NCBI GenBank assembly: GCA_051362555.1
Contig: CM120640.1
Span: 31,081,967-31,145,966 of the forward strand
Source: Lingula anatina
Taxonomy: Eukaryota; Animalia; Brachiopoda
Direction: 5' to 3'
Length of the DNA stretch: 64,000 nucleotides
Under the pieces are notes generated by a model that saw only the letters and a program-made list of their open reading frames with translations, did not search any database and had not been told where the DNA came from. A program made the position numbers and the translations under genes. Below, one piece after another: positions 25,591 to 38,749 of this stretch (the first letter of the stretch is position 1; each line of letters begins with the position of its first letter).

Positions 25591-28509
25591 TCGCTTTTAT
25601 TTTTTTCTTTATTATTCATTAATTAATTGATTTATTAATTTTTTGATAATTATATTATCATTATTATTGTCATATATAATGGACAAAACACAATGTGATA
25701 TTTCAAAAGTGATTATTCTTCTGTAAATTAATGTACTGTAGCTACATGTTGTATATTTTTCGCGATGCAATACATGTAGGCCTACTTTCTAACTAACGAC
25801 AAGGGTTCTATGGGGTGGGGGGAGGGTCACGGGAAAAATCATCAAATAATAAATTATAGAGAATACATCTTTATTCATATCTCATCGAAAATGCGAGCCC
25901 GGTAAGTTGAAAATTACGAATGACCGAGCGTAATTAGTACGTTTCACGAACGAGAAGGTATAAAAAGCCACGGGAATGGGATGTTTCACGAATAACGCTC
26001 AATATCAAACAAGTAAAAAATGAACTGCAGCAAAAGACGCATCGAACTTTTTCAAAAATATTTTATTATTATTTTTTAATTTTACAAACCGGGAGCCGCC
26101 AGTTATTTATGTGCGTTATTTGATATAAACATTCCAGGCAATTTCCGAGACATTAGACATCATACTGGCTTCCTGACAAGTTGCGAATTATCCACTTTTG
26201 TAAAAATAAACTAGATCAATTAGAGTATGTGAGATGGTACCGGTGCTGCGAGCGAGCGACAGTAAAAAAGTTTTACAGTTGAGTCCGTTCTATATGTTTT
26301 TTGTCCCAGAATTTTGATTGTAGATTTTCTTTTCCAAATCATTATTGTTATGGAAGAAGGGGGAACAGCATAAGACCTCAAGATCGAAAAGAGTCCTTGA
26401 AGAATGAACAGCTTTGTTAATAGAAATCATCGCCATATGTATTGACATCTACTGTTTATATACTCTGCAACACACATCTTACAACCGCAGAAACACTGTA
26501 TGTTTTAACAGATTTTATTTTATTGTATTTTGTAATATTTATAATAAAATTGTATTTTATTAAAATACCAAAGCGCAGTCTTTTAATGCCAGTACGCCAA
26601 CAATGAATCATACATTTTTTAATTTTATGGTTTACGATACGGATAGTGTATTTTTTCTGTCACAGACTGATTAAAACATTCCCTAAACAAGACGACGAAA
26701 AAAAATGAAACCATGCTCTAGAGACCGAGGAACACTGCCGTCGTCATGGACGAGAAGCCATCCTTGAAGACGCCAGCAGTCAGACTGAGGCAGGCGTAAC
26801 GAAAAGATAGCATAGTTGTCCCCGAGACCGACTGGGTGGAGGCAGAGAAAAAGAGGTTGGTAAATGTATAAGTCAAGCGGCGAACAATTGGAATAATCTT
26901 TACCGCTGTTATTATCAATTTTATCAAATTATCAAAATGAATTAATTTCAGTGTCACATGAAAAAAACTTTCAAAGCACAAACATTCAATGCCCGCTTAG
27001 AAAAAAAGCACATTGAGGGCACACAAAACAAGTTGATATGGAGTCGAGGAGGACTAATTGAACTTCAAATAATTCAAAGTATCTTATAAGCGTAAACAAA
27101 AACTAAAAGCTGTTAGTAGGCTAGCAGTAAATTGTACAATCAGAATGTACATGAAAGCATTTTGGTCTGTTACAGCTTCCAACCAAAGCATGTCCAAATG
27201 AAGCAAAGGTTGTGCTGAAGGAAGTGAAGAACACTGCCTTATCTGCGGACGAGATGCCAAACGCCGTTTTCGTTGACACTACCGGGGAAGTCACATCTCC
27301 AAAACTTGGTTTGATGGACATGGTGGACATGGAGCCAGCAACGACGTGCTCTTGTCAGCAAATCCCCACATCCAATGGGCAAGAAACTCGACAAGGGAGC
27401 AGAAACGGGCTCAACAAGAAGAGAAACGATGTTTTCCTTTACCTCTGTTTTTGTGGTACACCAGTTATTGAACAGGAATGGGAGATTTACAACATCACAA
27501 CTTCAAACTCTAAAATTTAACTATCATTGCTATATCAAATACGAATTTAAAGTTTTTTTGTCAGATTATCGGAAAGAGAGAGTGGGAGGGGATTGAAGTT
27601 ACCATCATGCCGTTGTTTACGATGAATATTTAAAAATTATCAAAATGTGTCAACCTACTCGCGCACATCTTTGATTTATATAGCACATGAGGATCAAAAC
27701 ATTACTAGTATATGTACTGCATTACTAGTATATGTACGATTCACAATGTGCAATAATTAAAAAATGTATTTTCTAACACAATCCCTTTGTTGTCATTTTT
27801 CAAAATGATAAAAAGATAGCCTTTTTACAGCGCGCTGTTAAGATACTAAGGGAAGGGGAGGATGGCATCATGCACAGACTACCTTTACACAAGGGGTTGA
27901 ACTCCCTTGACGGAAGCAGGTGAAGTAGATTGATAATTCTGGTATTTTGTCTCCTTCAGACACAGAATGTTTAGAATATATACACGGAGAAGCTACATGT
28001 ACATCTCTTTGTTTTTTTCGTCCTAAATGTTCCCACAGCGTGTAAGTAACATGTGCTGAGCTTACTTACGCCCCGATTTTCGTGAGAATCGAGCGCCTCG
28101 CAAAAGAAAGAGAGAAACAATTTTTTAAATATCTATTCAACGTACAGTGTAACCCCGTCTTGGAAATTCGCCCCCTTCACTTGAGGACTCTGATGTTAGC
28201 TGTTGTCGATTTTACTTTTAAATGAAAAGCGTAACAAATGGGATCGTCCTTTGCGTTCAAATCATAAACATATTTATTTCATTACTTAAGACATCTTTAC
28301 ATTTTATTTATCTCTGAAAATCTATCGAAAAGTCCATGTGTGACACTGGAAGAGAGTACTCTCGCTTTCTGACTCTCTCTCGCTCTCTGTCTCATTATAA
28401 TTATACTTCATTATTCTTGTTGGTGTTGCTGCTGTTGTAACAATTAAATTGCCCATTGCCGATAAATGATGAGTTCACACTCTACCTATGTGCTGTGAGT
28501 TAATTGTTA

Positions 28510-28748
28510 TCTGAAAATTTAACGTTACACTGGACGGCGCCCTTTCTGCGTCTTTTATGCGACCATAACCTGGCATCGCTGTGGTCGTAGACAGGAGGCA
28601 TAAGCATCGCTTTGGTTGCGAATGAGTGCTCAATGATCGGCCAGTTGTCGGCACGTAAAATATTTTTTACTCTCAAACGGGGCCGTAGTACAGGACGCAG
28701 AAAGGACGCCGTCCAGTGTAATGTTAAAATGTCAGTGTAAATGGGACT
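28510..28748. mobile_element. MITE with terminal inverted repeats (related sequence at 44425-44620)
   Basis: ttacactggacggcgccctttctgcgtc (~28525) is the inverse of gacgcagaaaggacgccgtccagtgtaa (~28694-28721); same motif ttacactggatggcgtcctttctgcgtc at ~44482. Confidence 0.75.
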
Positions 28749-29160
28749 TTATATATTAATTTTGCGCCAGGGTTGACGGGTTAGAAAGGATTGTAGTTAG
28801 CGGTATCGCCACTTATTTTTGAGAATCATGAGCAAATCTAGATGTCTCCATCTATACCACAGCAACTGTGAACTACAATTGTATTGATTTCAGACTCAAA
28901 ATAAATTAATATACTATTATTATTATTACTTTTAAAATTCAAAACAAAAAATAAATAATGAAAAAGAACGAAGGCAGAAAATTTTTAAATAAAAATGACA
29001 CTGAATGACAAATAAAGCTTCAAGCAAATGAGAATGAATATCAGAAAATAAACACACATGATTTTGAAACCAATCCGACTAAAAACCGATACAATTATAT
29101 TTTGAAAATGACAACAATCACTTACCAAGACATAACAGGACTAAGCGAAAAAGACATAAG

Positions 29161-29165
29161 CCCCC

Positions 29166-29196
<31 letters not shown>

Positions 29197-29207
29197 GCAC
29201 ACACACA
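29161..29207. repeat. poly-C plus (CA)n microsatellite
   Basis: C22 run followed by acacacac. Confidence 0.9.
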
Positions 29208-32062
29208 TGCCCGACTTCAAAAGAAGCAAATGTTAGGCGGGAGCCAATAATGTACATCATGTCACTGGGGTATCAGCCAAATCATCAGAAAAGAAACATA
29301 TTACAGATTAAAATTATGATGAAGAAGGAAATGTGAAGGCCAGCCTTATCAACAGCTATGGGCTTGGAGATATAGTGACCGTTGTCAGCTCTCTTAATTC
29401 AGCAATTAAATATTTATTGTATAAAACTATAGACTTCTGTCGAATCTGTCAGTCTGAGAGTAGTAGACCAACTGTCCATGAATTCAAAATTGCGCATAAG
29501 CACGAACAAAATTGAAGTATCAGACCTGTTAAACAAATAATAGTAATTTGCAAGCTATTGGAAAGTAGGTCAAGAGTTCACAAATAGGATATGCCATTCT
29601 TAGGGGAGATAGGATATGGCCTTTAGCATTTGCTCATGCTGCCAATTCCGAGAAGAAATATCAGTATCTTTCATTGTGCTTAGTTAAAATAAATTCGAAG
29701 AAGTGCATTATCTTTCGTGTATCGCGCGTTTCTTCAGATGTAAGTAAATACAAAATATCGACAGAAAACCTTAATCCCCTCTTGCGAATGCAATGTATCG
29801 TCTGCAGAGCATCTGCGTCCGCCACAACGCTGGATGCTTCGCGCTTCGCGGGAGCTGAACAGTTAACGCGGTCTGCAAAAATTTTAGGGAGAGCCAGATG
29901 AAATACAGAGGGATCGTGGCGTCTGTAAAGTTCTACATGGTGAAGCTGGAGATTTGGGCTAAATCCGCTCCTCTCTTCAAACGTTTGCAATATACACTGT
30001 CTTTTAGTGGCCTCATGCAACCAAAATATTTTGCTGACATCTTAATGCCTCTCCCACTTCTGTCTCTCCCTAAAACAGTCCACACTAAAAAATCAATAAT
30101 CGAATGGCAATTTTATACAGGCAATTGACCTACTTATATACCCATGCAGCTATCATCGAGTTTTATGGCCGTGGAGTGAAAACGTAATACACGTCTGTGA
30201 TATAAAAGTTATTTCTAATTACATAATCTACAAACAGTGCGTGTAGATCAAAAGTGTTCCAATTTGTGAGCAAAAGAGGACTTCACTTTTTGAAAATAAT
30301 GAAAATATGGGAGACAAGCCAAAATCAGAAAATAATGCATTTTTCTCTTATATGCAAATTAAGTCCCCTCAAGTAATATAAGACTAGGCCGGAAGTGATG
30401 TTCATATCAGAGATTTGTAATGGTGATGATCGATCTTGATGGCCTTGATGATCTTGATGGTGATAAAAAAAATTATCAAAGTTTTCAGTTGTCATCTGTC
30501 GACAAAGAAATTTTCTGCACTAACACAATCATTCCACGAGTAAAGCAAAGATAATAAACGCGTCTCAGAGATGCACTGTAGACTTTTGGGTGGCACGCTA
30601 AGCTATTAGTTTATAATTATGATGTATAGATTTAAAAAATGAGTGTCTAAGGTTTCTAAGTGAGTGAAAATGGATATTGGCAAACCATAAAAATTTGACG
30701 GCATTTCTATTTATTTGTGTTAGACAAAAGTGGAATTTTATTGAGATATTTTCTCTCTCTCTCTCTCTCTTTTTTATTTATTTATCTATTTTTGGAAGTG
30801 AAAATTAAGGCAAAACCCAGAGGAGAATAATAATTATAACAGTCAAAATATTCAGAAGTAAAAAGATTTCAGAGTTAAAAATCTTGTTGGCCACTACAGC
30901 TCTGGCCACTACAAGGAGGTTTTTAAGACAACTGTAATTGTATAAATTGATAATCATCCGATTACACGCTTCTAAATAATGTTCGTGATTTACAAGAAAA
31001 TTTGTATTAATGCCGCCTTGACTTGTGTCAAAATTATATTTTTCATTATAGACAAATTTTTGGATGGTGTTTTTAGTCTTCTCCTAATGTTAAGTGCGGA
31101 AAATACCGGCAGGTCTGTTTTTAGGTTGAAAATAAACTCACTCAGGTTTGATATGGTAACATGTTAAGTTGGAAACATTAGGTGGAATGAGCACTGAAAA
31201 ATAACGCGGAAAAAGTTGAAAAATTCGAATTTCTACCCCTTGACGCCATGACGTACTTACTTGTGTACGCATTTTTAAATTAAAGTCATACGGCAGCCAA
31301 GATATTTGAATTTTAACTAAAAGTTAAATGATTTTATTTTTATTTTTATTACATGGATTTTATGCCTTTTAAACAGAACGTTGTCTGCTGACAGTCTCCG
31401 CCTTCGAGCCTATGCTGCCGATGGCCTAAAATACATGCATATTCTTTTGTGGTAGTACTCTGATAGAATAAGGCTCCGTTCACATGGAAAATCTATTTTC
31501 TAAAAATCTATTTTCGGTATCTTGTGATCACGGTCTGTGCCCTGGATACCCCGCGGCGTAATTACTTGCAGCGCGAGCGAGTTACTTCCAAAGCTGTAAT
31601 TAATTCTCGGCTGCGCTCGGAGGAGAGTCTGATACCTTGACGCATGCGCAGTACGAAGTTACTCCAACTTGTTTTGCACTACCACAAGCCATAGCAGGCC
31701 TACCGAACTACCAGACTCGGCACCGAATGATCCTGAATTCATTCGCATTACACAGTATCAGACGCGACACCGCTCTTGCCTAGTACGCGATGTGATAGTG
31801 ACGATTCTCAGCGGGGTTGAAAAGCATTGCATCACCACTCAAAATTTGTTCAGGGTATGATACTGTGTAATGCGATCTACCGGTGAATTCAGGATCATTC
31901 TCTCTCCTGATTCCCCTGATTGCGTGTTTTACAATTATGAATTCCCCAATAAACTTCATTAAGCTTCCCTTTTCCATCTTTAAGAAGATTGATTTTGAGA
32001 CATGGGGGAGTATAATTGGCCCTCATTACATGTGCCCCCCCCTCCCCCCCCATTCCACGTGC

Positions 32063-32065
<3 letters not shown>

Positions 32066-32106
<41 letters not shown>
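32066..32106. repeat. (GA)n microsatellite
   Basis: about 20 GA units. Confidence 0.95.
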
Positions 32107-32109
<3 letters not shown>

Positions 32110-33155
32110 CGAAAATATCAAAGATGATAAGAACAAGAAATTGATCAACATAAACCGTCTCGTGACTCGCTTATCAAAACACTTTTTTTCATTTATTCAA
32201 TCTTTTAACAGATTCAAGACGTCAATTTATATAAGATTTTACTTCAAACTCCCAAATATCACATTCCATACATATCGGTAGATAGGCCTACTTTATAAAC
32301 ATGTCCATAGCTGTCGTAACTATATTTCTTGGAAACTCACTGACGTAAAGAGTATCTGTACGTATCTGAATACCGGTAATCTAGAGAAGAACAAGGTCTT
32401 CCCGACATTTCTGGTACATGCAAGATTTGACAAAACACTCCGAAATGTTTTATTCTATAAGTTTGTTTATTCTGCCGTTACAATGTGATTAGCTGTGTAA
32501 CAATGTAAACATGGTTTTATTTTGAATTCTCGATAAAAACTAGTAGAATATTATTCAAAAATAAGTTAGCACGAAAAGAAACAAATATAATTAATATTTT
32601 ATCCCAAAAGATTTGCTGTTTTTAGAGGTTTGTTTCTAAAGACTTTATTTTTCTCTGAAGGTATCCATTACAGTTTTTCGTAAAAGCTGGTTATTTTACG
32701 AGTATGTTAGAGACGAAATGTAATCTGTTTGCATTCAGCAAGTACGATAGTTTTATTGTGAACCCATCCTTATTCTCAATATCGACGTCAAGGATTCGAT
32801 TAAAGTGTTTGATTGAAATTCTATACTAGTTTCACTTCCCCAAGCAATACGATATTTCGATTACAAACAGAAGTAGCATAACATGATTTCTCAAACAGAT
32901 TGTTGGGTTTTCTTATTATTTGCCTAATTATATCTTTTGACATATGAAATCTTACGTGAACGAGTTTCGAAACAAATGTAAAAGAAGAAGTGTTTACGTT
33001 AATCTACATGTACAGGTAGATGTGTGTAAGTGTATCCGTCACGTGTTTGCGTGCGTATGTGCATGTGTGTGTGGCATCCGTACAAACAAACATACTTAAA
33101 GTCAATGTATAACAAATGATAACAAATGTATAACAAATGATGGGAAGCTTGGTGA

Positions 33156-33174
33156 TGTGTGTGTGTCTCTCTCC

Positions 33175-33223
<49 letters not shown>
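33156..33223. repeat. (GT)n microsatellite
   Basis: long gtgtgt run. Confidence 0.95.
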
Positions 33224-33224
<1 letters not shown>

Positions 33225-33900
33225 TGGGGGGAGGGGGCGGGGGGTAGGACCTTCTTAGGACTCCAGATGAGGGGAAAATCAATTTACACAAAACACGGGA
33301 TCTCCGTTCTTAGATTAATTTTTCGGTTTACACTCGCAGAAATTAAAAAATAACCCCAAACACAATGGAAATTTGCTCTTGGATAGAGGATTTAGAATTT
33401 GAAATTATATATAATGTTCTGTAATATTCCTTTGGTATTTTGGCGCTTTGAGGCTTTAAAAACAAAACAAAACAAAACAAAACAGTTCCAAGTGTAATAA
33501 TCAAAGAATTTAGAATCTTACACATTAAAAACACCAATATAAAGTTAGCTACAACAAGTTATCCTGGGGGGGGGGGGGGGGGGGGGGGGGTAAAGTCATG
33601 TCAAAGGTAGGTCTCGAATCCAAATATGTAACAGTGCGATCCTTAAATATGGTCTATGATCCATTATGGTCTTGCACGTTAACCACTACACAGACAAGCT
33701 AAAACTGCCATCCCTCCAGTCTCCAGTCCCTTTTGTCTTATATATGGCTCACCAGAAGGATTTCCATATACATTCATAATTGTATCATTTAACCGTATTA
33801 TTGCATAAGGGTAGGACTTTCAAATGGCCGGACTGTAACAGGAATAAAAGTCCGCCAGTAATACAAGTCCTACCTACTATAATTATGAGCCAGGAACCTA

Positions 33901-34098
33901 AGACCCCATTCCCAGAGATTAGATCGATCCAACTAGATCGACCTAACTCCCTGGGGGTTCATGCTAAATAGCTGTCAGCCAAGCGGGCCCTTACAGCTTG
34001 TAGTAGGCGGGACGGACATTTAAGCCGGATTGTCTGACAGTAATCTAGTGAGACTCCCCACGGGGATAGATCGATCTAAAATCTATGGGAATGCGCCC
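33901..34098. mobile_element. MITE, probably PIF/Harbinger-type (TAA flanks), nested in another small tgtaacag...ctgttaca element (~33833-34190)
   Basis: Imperfect TIRs gaccccattcccagagattagatcgatc / gatcgatctaaaatctatgggaatgcgccc, each flanked by taa; an inverted second copy lies at 55907-56121. Confidence 0.75.
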
Positions 34099-34189
34099 TA
34101 AGTCCCAGTAGGACTACTATTCCCAAGTAATGGTAGTCCTACGGATTACTTACGTATTACGGAACTGGGGGACTTGGATTACTGTTACA

Positions 34190-34576
34190 CCCCACCTCTT
34201 CCTAGAGATGCACCTTGATTCAAGGCGGGCAACTGCCGCAAGGGGGGGGGGGGTGATGAAGCAATTAAAAGTAACAGGTAAGTCATCGAAGGGTTACCTG
34301 GATGAGAGAGGTCATCTGTTTAGCATACCTTTACGTGGAAATACATGTATACTGTGATCAGATTTTAATACAATTTCTGTAATTCTATTACTAAATTTTT
34401 CTGTACTTGTCATCCATGAAAACAATTTGTTTTAAAATAAATTTTGTTTTAAATAAATGTCGTTATGTCAGTCTTTACTATATATTTGTATATAAAATAT
34501 ATTCTTCGGGGGGGGGGATCGTCCTGATCGACCGTCCCTCGGGATTGTCGGGGGGGGGGGGATTGTCCTGATACCC
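34190..34576. mobile_element. One arm of a long-TIR (foldback-like) non-autonomous DNA element
   Basis: cctagagatgcaccttgattcaag...ttcttcgggggggggg...attgtcctgataccc is the reverse complement of 54148-54560. Confidence 0.7.
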
Positions 34577-34639
34577 GTTTGATCAAGCCAATGTGGACAT
34601 TCACAGGTGTAGGACCAGAACAGAGCCTCTCGGAAACAA

Positions 34640-34965
34640 TTTAGAGCCAAGGGAACGAGTTTGATCTGAGGACCATAGTAGAACCGTAACAGACGTAGGT
34701 TCGATTCCGTCCGAGGACTTGCCACTCACTCATCAACGGCACCTGCTGTCTCCCCGCTTTGCACTAAGCATTTTGGGGTTGAAGCAGGGGTAAAGCTCCT
34801 AGTCAAGCCGAGAATGATATTGTTTGTTTGCTAGATGGGCTGTATCCTCCCCAGGGAGGCAAGAGCGTCAACACACAGTTTGTATCAGGACCAACAATAA
34901 CCAGGCGTATGTAAACCGCGCTGAAACGCATCAGTAGTGCAGTACACTGTACATCAGGAATGAAC
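34640..34965 (+). mobile_element. Degenerate tRNA-derived SINE
   Basis: B box ggttcgattcc at ~34698; body acggcacctgctgtctccccgctttgcactaagcatt resembles a conserved SINE central domain (recalled as Meta-type); tail ccaggcgtatgtaaaccgcgctgaaac resembles the L2-type tgtaaagcgc tail. A box not clear. Confidence 0.6.
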
Positions 34966-35226
34966 TTTTTTTTACCTTTTAGTTGGAAATCACCCCACCA
35001 GTATATTTCAATTAGTTAGCATGATGGCTTATCGAAGAAAGGAATTCTATACCACGGCAATAGCTCCAGACATAAATCATTCGATGGGGAGGTGGACACA
35101 CATTGTGCACTGAAAAGACTTAGTTTTGACTCTTAAATTTTTAATCTTTTCTTTTTGTGCTCATTTGCATAATGATACTTGACAAAGATAAGTAAAAATA
35201 CAATTCAAACGAGCAGTGGTTTCCAA

Positions 35227-35227
<1 letters not shown>

Positions 35228-35263
<36 letters not shown>
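35228..35263. repeat. (TTA)n microsatellite
   Basis: attattattatt run. Confidence 0.9.
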
Positions 35264-35342
35264 TTGTAACGTTTTTAGTTATTGAACAGTAAACATTTAT
35301 TTCAATATCAGATTTTTGAAATGTTTCCTTACTTCCTGTGAG

Positions 35343-38200
35343 TCATCATCATCATCATCATTTAGAGCCTATATTGTTCCACTGTTGGACAAAGGCCTCA
35401 GCATGCTTTTTCCATTGTTTCCTATCCTGAGCCTCAGAATTCCAGTTTGGCCAAGGTTTCTTCTTCCAAGACTTCCAGTTGTCATCTGATTCATCCCTCC
35501 ATCGTTTGACCGGCCTTCCTCTTTTTCTTTGTCCATACCTTGGGGTCCATTCTGTAAGCCTGATTGTCCACCTATTGTCCTTCATTCTTTTGACATGTCC
35601 TGCCCACCTCCATTTCATTTCTTTAACTGTGAGCAGTACGTCCTTAACTTTGGTCTGTTCACGTAACCACACATTCGTTTTCCGCTCTCTTGGATTGATG
35701 TTCAACATAATTCTTTCCATCTTTCTCTGAGCTACTTGTAGCTTGTGTTCCATGGAGGCATTCAGTGCCCAGGTCTCTGAACCATAGGTGATTGCCGGCA
35801 GCACACAAGCATTGAACACTTTCTTTTTCAGGCAGGTAGGAAGGTTGCTCTTGAAGATGTCATTGTGCTTCTAATATGCTGCCCATCCTGCTTTTATCCT
35901 TTGTTGGATTTCTTTCTCCAGTGTTCGATCACTAAGGCTGAACCGTTGCCCAAGGTATATATATACTCTTCCACTGCTTCTATCTCTTTGGTGTTGACTT
36001 TCACTGTGCAAGGGGTGGTTAGTGGTCCAAACATCACCTTTGTCTTGCTGGTGTTCATCTTTAGCCCACTTTTTGCTAACGCCTGTAGCATTTCTCTGAG
36101 GTCTTTTACATCATCTGCTACTATTATGATGTCGTCTGCAAACCTAAGGTGATTGAGCCTGGTACCGTCTATGTTTATGCCCTTGTCCTGCCAGTCTAGA
36201 TCCCTGAATATACGTTCCAATGCTGCTGTGAACAGTTTAGGAGAGATTGTATCTCCTTGGCGTACACCTTTCTTGATCCTGATCTTGTTGGTGGTCTTGT
36301 GTAGTTTGACTGTTACAGAGCTATCGGCGTATATGTCTCTGAGGACGTCTACGTATCCATCTTCGATCCCTAGATCTTGCAGGGATACCAGTATATACTG
36401 GGTTTCTACTGAGTCGAAGGCTTTTTCATAATCAACGAATGCTACACATAGTGGAATGTTATACTCGAGACATTTCTCTTTGAGCTGGTTGACAGTGTGC
36501 ATATGATCAGTAGTGGTGTACTGGCCTCTGAAACCTGCTTGTTCCTTTGGCTGCGCTTCATCTAGTTGTCTTGTTAGCCTTTCGGTCAATATTTTGGTGT
36601 AAATCTTGTACAAATTAGAAAGTAGGCAGATGGGTCTGTAATTCTTGATGTCTTTCCTATTGCCCTTTTTGAACATTATGATCATGTTGGCGTTCTTCCA
36701 TGCTACAGGAATTTCCTTCAGATGTAAGCACTTTGTGAAGAGCCTGGCTAATTCCTGAGATAGGATATCTCCTCCTGCTTTTACCATTTCTGCTTTGATG
36801 TTGTCATTTCCTGCTGCCTTTCCGTTCTTCATTTTCTGGACTGATGTTATGCTGGTAGATCGCATGCCTTTGTTGAGATTTCTATTCCCTTGTTGCTGTC
36901 ATACAACTCTCTATAGAATTCTTCTACTCGTTCTAATATCTGGTCTTGTGTGGTGAGCTCATTTTCATCTTTGTCTAGAAGAGTCAGCATTCTATCCTGC
37001 CCTAGTTGAAAGGATCTCTTTGCTCTTTTCATGCTCTTTCCATTTTCGATGGTCTCTGCTATCTTCTTCATGTTCTGCTTCCTGATGTCTTCCCTTGCCT
37101 TCTTCTTGATGGTCTTATCCAGTTCTGCATATTCGATGTTGTTTCTGATGTCCCTGTTGTTGTTTACCTCCGTTTTCTTCATCACCCGTCTTTTCTTCAT
37201 GAGAATCCTCGTTTCTGTTGAGAGCTTTGAGTCCTTCATTTTACTGGCCAGTGCGACTTCTGATGCACATTCTAGGATGGTGGTCGTTATTCTATCGTTC
37301 ATTTCATCTACTCCATCTTCACCTTCTAGCTCTAGTGCACTGAATCTGTTTGTTAGGAGGATTTGGAACTCTTCTTTCTTTATGACCAGTTGCTCGATAC
37401 TAGGTCTCTTTGATGGATTTGACAGGCATTTCTGTCTGTCCTTCCTTCTACTTCTTCATCTGGTCTGCTTGATGTTGGTGCATATACCTGAATGAGTTTC
37501 ATTGAGAATCTCTGATTCACTTTGAGCTTGACTGTAGCCACCCTTGCGCTAATTTGCTTTACCTCGATGATGTTCTTGCTTAGCGCCTTGTGTATCAGAA
37601 ATCCAACTGCTTGTTGGCCATTTGAAGCGTTTGTATGGTACAATATATGTCCGCTATTCAAGGTAATTAAGCGTAATTTCTGACAAGCCTATCACATGCC
37701 ATTTAACTCCGGTGTCCTGGAGTTCAGTTTCCAATTCTGCAAGTCTTTCATTGTTCTTCAGAGTTCTAATGTTGTAAGTAATGATGTTGAAATTTTTCAC
37801 TGGTCTTGATGTTCGGTGATCCTTGCTGCCCCAGAGATTCTTAGCACCTCTGCTGGTCTGAACCAGGATCACCTCCTAAGTTCAGGGCGTTTGTGCGGCT
37901 GGGTACTGGAGGCCGTGTGTTTGTTGGTCGTTTCATGCTGGATTTTAGGCCTACTCATCCCACGCTGGCCATTGCGGGTTGGGAGAGGGTGTTGAAGTTG
38001 GCAGAACCATTCCTAGGCAAACTTGTGTGAACACACTAAAGAGCTTTGCCTGCCCTATGTTTGTATACGGTTTTCCTCCGCTAGCCTTATGATCCGGCTG
38101 GATTTTTGCTACTAAGGCAGTAGGGTTTTTTTTGTGTAGAGTAATTCTAACTCCTAGACAGGTTGCTGTTCAAAGTTTACGGGTCCTGACCCCCCGCATG
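35343..38200 (-). mobile_element. Near full-length RTE-clade LINE, inactivated (AP endonuclease + reverse transcriptase)
   Basis: APE motifs NIITYNIRTL, VIGLSE, VGFLI, IQVYAPTS; RT motifs NYRPICLL, EQAGFR, FVDYEKAFDSV, GVRQGDTISPKLF, LRFADD; C-terminal YGSETW, KWRWAGHV, RGRPVKRWRD; stop codon merges into a (TGA)n tail (tcatcatca at 35343-35360); 5' UTR-like cagcaacctgtctaggag at ~38152-38169. Broken by frameshifts, a stop and deletions. Confidence 0.95.
35358..37872 (-). pseudogene. Disrupted RTE ORF (endonuclease/reverse transcriptase) in five pieces
   Basis: ORF-track pieces 37654-37872, 37380-37661, 36847-37302, 35894-36865 and 35358-35819 are collinear parts of one RTE polyprotein. Confidence 0.92.
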
Positions 38201-38249
38201 ATACAGGTAGTACTGGTTTTACATGTTTACCAGAATGATAAGTCGCGGC

Positions 38250-38320
38250 TACAGGATTTGAACCCGGGACCCCTCACCAAAGCGACCCAATCAAGCGTGC
38301 TAACCACTAGGCCATCACAC
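38250..38320 (-). other. tRNA-derived Pol III head (A and B boxes), not a complete tRNA gene
   Basis: Minus strand reads gatggcctagtggttagcacgcttgattgggtcgctttggtgaggggtcccgggttcaaatcctg: A box TGGCCTAGTGGT (38303-38314), B box GGTTCAAATCC (38254-38264); no convincing acceptor or anticodon stem. Confidence 0.8.
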
Positions 38321-38521
38321 ATAATGGTCATTAATTGAGTAGTACATGTATTAATTGCTGTGTGTTAGAAAAAAGCCAAAAAATCAAACACAGAGCTTTA
38401 AAACCCTAACACGAAAAAGACATCATCGATGGTGTGAGCAACAATTTATATCTGGAGGATAACACGCGGATTACACGCATGCTTCCTCTAGATATGTATT
38501 ATTGGGGTTATACATACCTTT

Positions 38522-38552
<31 letters not shown>

Positions 38553-38749
38553 TATTCCTCCAAAAACTATGCTTGGCAACCTGACTATAATGTTTTATCT
38601 TCATTCAGGCCTAATTATTAACTATGCAAGTATGCATTGCACTATAAAGTTACTATTTCTATTAGGTATCACTAATTCTTTAAATTATTTCTTTTATCAA
38701 CTATAAAAACAAGTTCATTAAAAAATGAATTATTTGTAAGTTGGTGTTC

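Noticed and set aside
29661-30128. Overlapping ORFs of 75-119 aa
   Set aside because: No recognisable motif or consistent splice structure; likely chance frames in a CpG-richer TE remnant.
31471-31860. CpG-rich patch with gcatgcgca (NRF1-like) as a promoter
   Set aside because: It follows a transposon-like terminus (ggctccgttcacatgg) and no downstream gene could be linked; a closer TATA candidate exists for the knottin gene.
31883-33353. ORFs with ERERER, THTHTH or VCVCVC runs
   Set aside because: Translations of (GA)n and (GT)n microsatellites.
35479-37495. Plus-strand ORFs overlapping the RTE
   Set aside because: Antisense shadows of the RTE coding sequence.
37900-38130. Self-cleaving (HDV-like or twister) ribozyme in the RTE 5' UTR
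   Set aside because: Plausible for the clade, but I could not fit the required pseudoknot by eye; needs a covariance-model search.
38250-38320. Functional tRNA gene
   Set aside because: A and B boxes are present but acceptor and anticodon stems do not pair convincingly and no T-run terminator follows.
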